Positions 56,422 to 64,000 of a stretch of DNA of 64,000 nt are shown one piece after another. The notes beneath the pieces are model-generated. The model worked only from the letters and a program-made list of their open reading frames with translations. It was not told the origin of the DNA and searched no databases. This DNA comes from an uncultured Gemmatimonadales bacterium (lineage in GTDB: Bacteria; Gemmatimonadota; Gemmatimonadetes; Longimicrobiales; Gaopeijiaceae). The position numbers and the translations under genes are program-made. The stretch is from the NCBI GenBank assembly GCA_963823035.1, contig CAWGKG010000010.1:128001-192000 (forward strand). The letters are read 5' to 3'. Numbering within the stretch: position 1 is the first letter of the stretch; each line of letters opens with the position of its first letter.

Positions 56422-57015
56422 ATGCTCGACGCGTTCCCCTCCCGTCGCCACTTCATCCAGCTCTCGGGCGCCGGCGCCCTGGGCGCCTGGATGACCCTCG
56501 GCCTGGCCGGCTGCCGCGAGGCGGCGGAGTCTGCGGCCGAGGCCATGAAGACGGGCGAGGGCCCCAGGGTCCTCGAGGACGGAGAGCGACGCACGCTCGA
56601 GTCCTTCTCCGACCGCATCCTCCCCGCCGACGGCGAGGAGCCCGGCGCCGTGGCCATGGGCGCCGTGGTCTTCATGGATCACTTCCTGGCCGACAAGCCG
56701 GGACAGCTCGAGGACGTGAGGGCCGCGGTGAAGACGCTGGACGCCAAGGCGGGAGAGGCGCAGACCGGCGCAGGGGGCTTCGCCGACCTGGCGCCCGACG
56801 GGCAGGACGCGCTCCTGGACGAGCTGTCGGAATCCGATCCCCAGGCCGTCTTTCCCCTGTGGACGCTGGTCATGTTCGGGGTGCTGGCCGACCCGTCCCA
56901 CGGCGGGAACCTCGACAAGGCCGGGTGGGCCATGATCGGCTTCGACGACCGGCACGCCTGGCAGCCGCCGTTCGGCTACTACGACGACCCGGCGACCCGC
57001 GGAGGTGAGGCGTGA
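56422..57015 (+). CDS. gluconate 2-dehydrogenase subunit 3 family (Tat substrate)
   Basis: SRRHFI Tat motif; DPSHGGN...GWAMIGF. Confidence 0.88.
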   Translation: MLDAFPSRRHFIQLSGAGALGAWMTLGLAGCREAAESAAEAMKTGEGPRVLEDGERRTLESFSDRILPADGEEPGAVAMGAVVFMDHFLADKPGQLEDVRAAVKTLDAKAGEAQTGAGGFADLAPDGQDALLDELSESDPQAVFPLWTLVMFGVLADPSHGGNLDKAGWAMIGFDDRHAWQPPFGYYDDPATRGGEA

Positions 57016-58721
57016 GCCCCCGGACGCGCAGCGTCCCCCTGAGCCGGCGGGCGCTCCTGGCGGGGGCCGTGCCCTTCGGGCGCAGCTACCAGACCCGGGA
57101 CGAGGTGGACTTCGTCGTCGTCGGGTCCGGGGCGGCGGGCGGCGTCATCGCCCGTGACCTCTCCAAAGCGGGCTTCAGCGTGGTGGTGCTGGAGCAGGGG
57201 CCGTACCGGAAGGCCGCCGACGTCAGCCACGACGAGTTGGACATCGCCATCCAGAACGCGCTGGCGGGCGACGATCCGCAGACCTTCCGGACCACGGCGG
57301 CGGACGAGGCGGCCCCGTTGCAGGGGCCGTTTCCTCCGGCCTTCTACGCCCACACCGTGGGGGGAAGCAGCGCGCATTTCACCGCCAACTACTGGCGTTT
57401 CCGCCCCGTGGACTTCAACGAGCGGAGCCGGCTGGGCGCCATTCCGGGCACGGCCCTCGCGGACTGGCCCATCACCTACGAGGAGCTGGAGCCGTACTAC
57501 ACCAGGGTGGATTGGGAGGTGGGGGTCTCGGGGGCGCCGGGGCCGAACGACCCGCCGCGCTCGCGCGGCTATCCCCATCCGCCGCTCCCCGTGAAGTCGT
57601 CGGGCGTGCTCTTCGAGAAGGGCGCCCGGGCGATGGGCTACCAGCCCTACCCGGCGCCCATGGCCATCCTGTCCGAGGCCCGGCCGGGCCGGAGCGCCTG
57701 CGTGCATTGCGGCTTCTGCATGGGCTTCATGTGCGAGATGAACGCCAAGTCGTCGACGCTGGCGTCCATGATTCCCGAGGCCGAGGCCACGGGAAGGTGC
57801 GAGATCCGGTCCGAGTGTACGGCCCACCGCGTCGAGACCGACGCCTCGGGGCGGGTGACCCAGGTGGTCTACTTCGACAGGGACGGAAACGAGCAGGCCC
57901 AGAAGGCGAAGGCCGTGGTGCTCAGCGCCAACGGTGCCGAGACGCCGCGCCTGCTGCTCCTGTCCGAGTCGAGCCTCTTCCCGCACGGCCTGGCCAACGG
58001 CAGCGGGGTGGTGGGCAAGCACCTCATGTTCAACGGCAACGGCTCCGTCCAGGCGCTGTTCGACGAGCCTCTCAACGAGTACAAGAGCGTGCAGGTGACG
58101 CGGGTCTGCACCGACTGGTACGCGTCCGATGCCGCGCGCGGCTTCTACGGCGGCGGCGGGATGGACGGGCGCCAGATCTTCAACTCCCCCATCCTGTTCG
58201 CCCTGGCGGGCATGCCGCCGGACGCCCCCTTCCGGGGCCCGGAGCTGCGGCGTTTCCTCTCCCATGAGTTCACGCGCAGCATGATGGTGGCGACCCACTC
58301 CACGTCGCTTCCGCTGGAGACCAACACGATCACGCTGGACGACGAGATGAAGGACCGCTTCGGGCGACCGGTCGTTCGCGTCACGTACAGGGACCACCCC
58401 GACGACCTGAAGATGGTCGACTTCCTCCAGGAGCGCGCCAAGGAGATCCTCGAGGCCGCGGGTGCCAGGCGAACCTGGTCCTTCCCGGCCCAGGAGCAGA
58501 ACGTGGGGTTCCATCTGCTGGGCACCTGCCGCATGGGCGACGACCCGTCGTCGTCGGTGGTGGACCGGTACCACCGGACGCACGAGGTTCCGAACCTCTT
58601 CATCTGCGACGGGAGCAGCTTGGTCACGAGCGGGCGCGGCCAGCCCACCATGACCATCTCGGCGCTGGCGTTCCGGGCCGCGGAGCATGTCGCGGAGGCG
58701 GCCCGAAAGGGCGACATTTAG
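57012..58721 (+). CDS. GMC-family oxidoreductase (flavoprotein subunit)
   Basis: VVGSGAAGG, WPITYEEL, CVHCGFCMGFMC, HLLGTCRMG, PTMTISALA. Confidence 0.93.
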   Translation: MSPRTRSVPLSRRALLAGAVPFGRSYQTRDEVDFVVVGSGAAGGVIARDLSKAGFSVVVLEQGPYRKAADVSHDELDIAIQNALAGDDPQTFRTTAADEAAPLQGPFPPAFYAHTVGGSSAHFTANYWRFRPVDFNERSRLGAIPGTALADWPITYEELEPYYTRVDWEVGVSGAPGPNDPPRSRGYPHPPLPVKSSGVLFEKGARAMGYQPYPAPMAILSEARPGRSACVHCGFCMGFMCEMNAKSSTLASMIPEAEATGRCEIRSECTAHRVETDASGRVTQVVYFDRDGNEQAQKAKAVVLSANGAETPRLLLLSESSLFPHGLANGSGVVGKHLMFNGNGSVQALFDEPLNEYKSVQVTRVCTDWYASDAARGFYGGGGMDGRQIFNSPILFALAGMPPDAPFRGPELRRFLSHEFTRSMMVATHSTSLPLETNTITLDDEMKDRFGRPVVRVTYRDHPDDLKMVDFLQERAKEILEAAGARRTWSFPAQEQNVGFHLLGTCRMGDDPSSSVVDRYHRTHEVPNLFICDGSSLVTSGRGQPTMTISALAFRAAEHVAEAARKGDI

Positions 58722-58797
58722 GGGCTTCGCGGCGGCTCCCCCCGGGGTGCGCCGCGTGGATGCCGCCACAGGTCGCCGAGTCGCGGGAGTGCGCAGC

Positions 58798-59958
58798 ATG
58801 CGTACGGTCCGGATGCCGCCGACCCTCCCGTTTCTGCTCGCGCTCGCCGTAGCGGGCGCGACGGCACCGATGCGCGCCTCCGCCCAGGACGCCGTCGTTC
58901 GAACCGTGCTCTTCTACTCCCCGACCTGTCCGCACTGCCACAAGGTGATGACGGAGGACCTGCCTCCGCTGGTGGATCGGTACGGCGATCGGCTCGTCAT
59001 CGTCGGCATCGACGTGTCGTCGCGAAGGGGGCAGGCGCTCCTCCAGGCCACCGCCGACCACTTCGGGATCCCCCAGGGGGACGTGGGCGTGCCCCTGTTG
59101 GTGGCCGGGGACGAGGTGATGATCGGCTCGGAGGAGATCCCCGAGCGCCTTCCCGGGATCATCGAGCGGGCGCTCGCCGGGGAGGGCGTCGACTGGCCGC
59201 AGGTCGGCACGCTGCGCGAAGCCCTGGCGGCGCAGGGGCTCCTGGAGGAGGAGCCCGAACCAGCGGCGGACACGCCCGCGACGGGCGCCCCCGCGACGGA
59301 GGCGACCGCCAGGGACACGACCGCGACCGAGGCGCCCGCGGCCGAAACGCCGACGACGGGGGTCACGCGCTCGCTTACGCCGGGCGGCATGGACGAGGGG
59401 CCGTCGGTGGTCGACCGCCTCCTGCGCGACCCCCTCGGCAACGGCGTCGCGATCGTGGTGTTGCTCGGCCTCGTGCTCTCCCTCGGCGTCGCCGTCCGGC
59501 TGGCGCGCGCGCCCTCGATCGGCCGCCCTTCGATACCCCCGTGGCTCGTGCCGCTTCTCTCCGTCGTGGGGATGGGGGTGGCGGCGTACCTCTCCTTCAT
59601 CGAGGTCACGGGCCAGAGCGCCGTATGCGGACCGGTGGGGGATTGCAACGCCGTGCAGCAGAGTGCGTACGCGCACCTCTTCGGCGTGCTTCCGGTGGGG
59701 ATCCTCGGGCTCTTCGGCTATGCGGCGATCCTGGCGACGTGGAGCCTCGGCCGGAGCGGCCCACCCGCTGCCCGGAGGGGCGCGCTGCGCTTGCGGTGGG
59801 GGATGGCGTTCGCGGCCACGGCCTTCTCGGTCTACCTGACCTTCCTGGAGCCGTTCGTGATCGGCGCCACCTGCATGTGGTGCATCACGTCGAGCGTGGT
59901 GGTGGCCCTCCTCCTCCTGGCGACGACCGTGGAGCTGAGGCGGCCGGCGGCCGCGTAG
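58798..59958 (+). CDS. thioredoxin-like domain + vitamin K epoxide reductase (VKOR) fusion
   Basis: FYSPTCPHC; low-complexity linker; VKOR CGPVGDC..V..S and CMWC. Confidence 0.88.
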   Translation: MRTVRMPPTLPFLLALAVAGATAPMRASAQDAVVRTVLFYSPTCPHCHKVMTEDLPPLVDRYGDRLVIVGIDVSSRRGQALLQATADHFGIPQGDVGVPLLVAGDEVMIGSEEIPERLPGIIERALAGEGVDWPQVGTLREALAAQGLLEEEPEPAADTPATGAPATEATARDTTATEAPAAETPTTGVTRSLTPGGMDEGPSVVDRLLRDPLGNGVAIVVLLGLVLSLGVAVRLARAPSIGRPSIPPWLVPLLSVVGMGVAAYLSFIEVTGQSAVCGPVGDCNAVQQSAYAHLFGVLPVGILGLFGYAAILATWSLGRSGPPAARRGALRLRWGMAFAATAFSVYLTFLEPFVIGATCMWCITSSVVVALLLLATTVELRRPAAA

Positions 59959-60007
59959 CGACGCGGGGGCGGTCGCGCGCGCGCGCGCCCCGACTATCTT
60001 CTTCGCC

Positions 60008-60955
60008 ATGAGACCGTATCCCGTCGTTCCGACGGTGGCCGCCGCGCTCGCGCTCGTCCTCTCGGCGGCGCCGTCCTCCGCGCAGCAGGTCGCCGATTCC
60101 GCCTTCGCCCCGGACGTCGGTCCGCCCGCCTTCGCGTCGGGTACGGGCCCGCACGTCGCCATCGACGGCGCGCACCACGACTTCCACACCGTGGACGGCC
60201 GCTACCTGAGCTTCGCACGGCTGCTTCGCCGAGACGGCTACGTGGTCGACGGCTCCGACGAGCCCCTGAGCGCGCAGGCGCTCGAGGGCGTGGACGTGCT
60301 CGTCATCGCGAACGCCCTGGCCGAGCGCAACGCCCTCGCCGACGACTGGACGCTCCCCACGCCCTCGGCGTTCACCCGCGCCGAGATCGAGGCCGTGCGC
60401 GCCTGGGTGGACGGGGGCGGCTCGCTCCTGCTCATCGCGGACCACATGCCCTTCCCGGGGGCGGCCCACGACCTCGCGGCGGCGTTCGGCTTCGAGCTGC
60501 GCAACGGCTTCGCCCTCGAGGGCGCCCGGGGCGGCGGCCCCCTGATCTTCCGGCGCTCGGACGGCTCCCTGGCGGGACACGCGATCACGGACGGTGGCCG
60601 GCCCGGAGCACGCATCGACTCCGTCGCGACGTTCACGGGTGAGGCGTTCCGTCCCGCACCGGGCGCCACCTCCCTCCTCACCTTCCGGCCGGGCGTCGTC
60701 TCCCTCGAGCCGGACACGGCCTGGACCTTCCACGACGACACCCCCCACGTCGACGTGGGCGGGTGGTCGCAGGGCGCGGTCGCGGAATTCGGACGGGGGC
60801 GTGTGGCGGTCTTCGGAGAGGCGGCCATGTTCTCCGCGCAGCTCGCCGGTGCGCAGCGCGCGCCGATGGGGATGAACCACCCGATCGCCGCCCAGAACCC
60901 CCGCTTCCTCCTGAACCTGATGCGCTGGCTGAGCGGTCCGGAGGGCGCGCGATGA
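60008..60955 (+). CDS. secreted DUF4350-like (GATase-like fold) protein
   Basis: IDGAHHDFHT, VLVIANAL, GGSLLLIADHMPF, GEAAMFSAQ. Confidence 0.75.
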   Translation: MRPYPVVPTVAAALALVLSAAPSSAQQVADSAFAPDVGPPAFASGTGPHVAIDGAHHDFHTVDGRYLSFARLLRRDGYVVDGSDEPLSAQALEGVDVLVIANALAERNALADDWTLPTPSAFTRAEIEAVRAWVDGGGSLLLIADHMPFPGAAHDLAAAFGFELRNGFALEGARGGGPLIFRRSDGSLAGHAITDGGRPGARIDSVATFTGEAFRPAPGATSLLTFRPGVVSLEPDTAWTFHDDTPHVDVGGWSQGAVAEFGRGRVAVFGEAAMFSAQLAGAQRAPMGMNHPIAAQNPRFLLNLMRWLSGPEGAR

Positions 60956-62125
60956 GCGAGACGTTCGACGTCGTGCTCGTGGGTGGCGGCATCATGGGGT
61001 GCGCCACGGCCTTCGAGCTGTCGCGGCGGGGCGTGAGCGTGGCCCTGGTCGAAAAGGGCGCTCTGGCCTCCGGCTCCACCGGGAGGTCCTCGGCGATCGT
61101 GCGCCAGCACTACTCCAACGAGGTCACGGCGCGTATGGCGCGGTGGGGCCTGGACGTCTTCCGCGAATTCGGGGAGCGCGTGGGTGGGGAGTCAGGCTTC
61201 GTGAACGCGGGCTTCCTGGTGCTCGTGCCCGCGGAGGACGGGGAGGGACTCCGGGAGAACGTGGCGCTCCAGCAGGCGGTGGGGATCGACACCCGTGTCG
61301 TCTCGCCCGAGGAGATCCGTGAGCTGCTCCCGGGCGCCGCCGCGTCCGACCTGGTGGCCGCCGCGTGGGAGCCCGGCGCCGGGTACGCCGACCCGCACAT
61401 GACCACCTCCGGATTCGCGGCGGCGGCCAAGCGCGAGGGCGCGCGCTTCTTCCTGAACCGGGAGGTGACCGGCATCCGGCTTCGCGGGCGGCCGTGTCGC
61501 CGGCGTGGACACGAGCGCCGGACCCATCGCCGCCGCCTCCGTGGTGAACTGCGCCGGACCGTGGGGCGCACGCGTGGCGGCCATGGCGGACCTGCAGGTG
61601 CCCGTGGCGTCGTGCCGCGCGCAGGTCGCGGTCTTTGGGCGGCCGGAGGCCGAGCGCGGCGCGCACCCGGTGGTGCTGGACTTCGCGCACGCCTCGTACT
61701 TCCGTCCGGAGACCGGCGACCTGATGCTCGTGGGCCTCATCGACCCGTCCGAGGCCGACGACGTGGTGGACCCCGACCGCTACCCGGAGCACACGGACGA
61801 CGCCTTCGATCTCGACGTGGGCTCTCGCTGGATCCAGCGCTGCCCGTCGATGGAGTCCGCGGTACGCCGCCGGGGCTACGCCGGTCTCTATGCCATCACG
61901 CCCGACTGGCACCCGGTGATCGACGAGGTGCCCGCGGGGAGCGGCCACTTCCTGTGCACCGGCTTCAGCGGCCACGGCTTCAAGCTCGGACCGGCGGTTG
62001 GTCGCCTGATGGCCGAGCTCGTCACGGGGGAGTCGCCCACTTTCGATCCACGCATGTTCCGCCTGGCGCGCTGGGCGGAGAACGACCCCGTGCGCGGCAA
62101 GTACGAGTACAGCATCACGGGGTGA
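60952..62125 (+). CDS. FAD-dependent oxidoreductase, DAO/sarcosine oxidase beta-like (frameshift near 61487)
   Basis: VGGGIMG, GSTGRS, NCAGPW, TPDWHPVI, GFSGHGFKLGP. Confidence 0.88.
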
Positions 62126-62956
62126 GGAGAGGGCGGAACCGAACGCCTCCCCGGCCCGGAGCGCCGTCATGGCGGTGCGTCGGGCTGGAGGGTGGCCAGG
62201 GCACGAACGCGCTGGTCGTGCGCATGTACGCGCGGTACTTGTCCCCGCGCGAGCGCAGCGCCTGCCGCTCGGTGTGCGGAATGCCCGTGCCCTTCAGGAG
62301 CAGCGCGAGCATCACCACGGGGCCGACGAAGGTGAGCGGCGCGGCGTGGGCGACGAGGACGTACGTCCACCAGTGGATCCACTCGAAGAAGTAGTTCGGG
62401 TGTCGCGACCACCCCCACAGCCCGTCGCGGCAGACCTCCCCGCGCGTGCCCGGGCGAGCGCGGAAGGCCGCGAGCTGGCGGTCCGCGACGGTCTCCCCGG
62501 CGACGGCGACGATCCAGACGAGCGTACCCGCCACCGCCCACCCGTCCAGCGCCCCACCCCGCATCGCGGCGAGCAGCGGGAGCGAGAACAGCGTGGCGAC
62601 GACGGCCTGCGCGACGTAGACGCCCAGGAACCGGACCGGCGCTCGGGCGCCCCACTCGGCGCGGAGCGCGCGGTAGCGTCCGTCCTCGACCTGGCTCGAC
62701 GCGCACCCGCGTGGCGTAGAGGTACCCGCCGAGCCGTGCGCTCCACAGCACGCCCAGCGACCCGACCAGCGCCCGGCGGGCCGGATCGCCGTCCGAGAGG
62801 ATCGCATACAGGAGGGACATGCCCGTGAGGGAGAACGACCAGGCGACGTCCACGCTGGTCGCGTCGCGCGTGCGCAGCTGGCGGGCCCACAGGGCCAGCA
62901 GAACGACGAGGGATGCGACGAAGGCGCCGAGGACGATCGGGATCGGCGGGACTCAC
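62115..62956 (-). CDS. DUF1295-family membrane protein (frameshifted)
   Basis: VDVAWS, EDGRY, ADRQL, GLWGWSRHPNYFFEW; GGAGGAG RBS; ends approximate. Confidence 0.82.
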
Positions 62957-63123
62957 GTGAACGCTCCTCCTGGACTCCGTCGGCGTAGTCATGGAAGGAG
63001 TAGCGCTGTCGCGGTGTCGATGCGCGGCGGGATACGCGATCGTCACGCCCACCCGATTGCCAGGCACGCCGCGGATGCCGACTGTTCCACCATCCGAAAC
63101 GTCCGCCCGACCCTGAGACCAAC

Positions 63124-64000
63124 ATGCGGCTCCGCTTCCTCCTCCTCGATCGCCCTCGGCCTCCTTCCCTCCGCCTGCACCCGGCTGGGCATCTCCTCCG
63201 GGACGAGCCCGGAGCCGGCTGAAGAGCCCTTCCTTCCCGTCATCGGCCGCCTTCCCACGGGCAGGGTCCTCGACCCGGCGGGTACGTCGGTTCCGGTGGG
63301 ATCGCTCCCGCTCGCGATGGAGATCGCCCCCGACGGCCGCCACGTAGTCCTCCTCCTGAACGGGTGGAGGGAGCAGGGCGTCCAGGTCGTCGACCGCTTC
63401 ACCGGTGAGGTGACGCAGACGCTCCTGCAGGATGCCGCCTTCCTGGGGCTCGCCTTCAGCGCGCGACGGACGGACGCTCTACGCCTCCGGGGGCAACCAG
63501 GACGTGGTCTATCGCTACGACTGGCAGGAGGGCGCGGCCTCGCTGCGCGACTCGGTGGTGCTCGCTCGCAAGCGGCCGAACCGGTCGGGCACCCGCTATC
63601 CCGCGCAGCTGGGCATCTCCCCGAACGGTCGCTTCCTGTACGTGGCCGAGAACCTCGCGGACTCCCTCGCGGTGGTCGACCTGAGGACCCGCCGCGTCCT
63701 CGCGCGCTATCCCACCGAGCGCTACCCCTACGGTGTGGCCGTGTCGCCCGACAACACGGTCTACGTCTCGGCGTGGGGCGACGACGTCGTGACCGCCTTC
63801 GGCTTCCGCGACGACGGCGAGCCGACATCGATGACGAAGATCGAGCTCGCCCGCCATCCGTCGGCGCTCCTCCTCAACGCGGACGGATCACGACTCTTCG
63901 TGGCGTCGGGGAGCACGGACCGGGTGGTCGTGATGGACACCCGCTCCACGGCCGTGGTCTCCACCCTCCACGACCCGGCACCCGAGGGGCCGGCCGAGGG
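63124..64000 (+). CDS. YncE/YVTN beta-propeller lipoprotein, probably phosphoesterase-fused (partial, frameshifted)
   Basis: RLPTGRVLDPAG..VGSLPLAM..PDGR; LYASGG; LYVAENL; RHPSALLLN; not in the ORF track because of frame breaks near 63148 and 63462. Confidence 0.75.

Overview
This is a very GC-rich bacterial chromosomal window. The gene repertoire suggests Gemmatimonadota, which is an inference. It carries core genes (rpsU, ssb, recF-dciA-gyrB, type III glutamine synthetase, split addB/addA) and many secreted or periplasmic catabolic enzymes: a PQQ dehydrogenase, a BNR/VPS10-like hydrolase, an amidase, a serine hydrolase, GGT, two S9 peptidases, a SusC/SusD pair, a GMC oxidoreductase pair and a Trx-VKOR fusion. 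I recognised no tRNA, rRNA, CRISPR array, phage or IS. About a dozen genes after 11 kb are broken by small indels, most likely long-read assembly errors. The most interesting part is the unannotated locus beside rpsU (about 1.5-5.2 kb). Three ORFs there share a domain I do not recognise (RxxYxxYxxxQxAxL...LPP[FL]EVWxxD[FY]xx[NH]P). Two of them also share a second domain, in swapped order, giving architectures X-Y, Y-X and Y-only. The locus also has a 295-aa orphan, a small ribbon-helix-helix-like protein, an AraC regulator, candidate small RNAs bounded by promoter and terminator, and a palindromic DNA motif that recurs upstream of recF.
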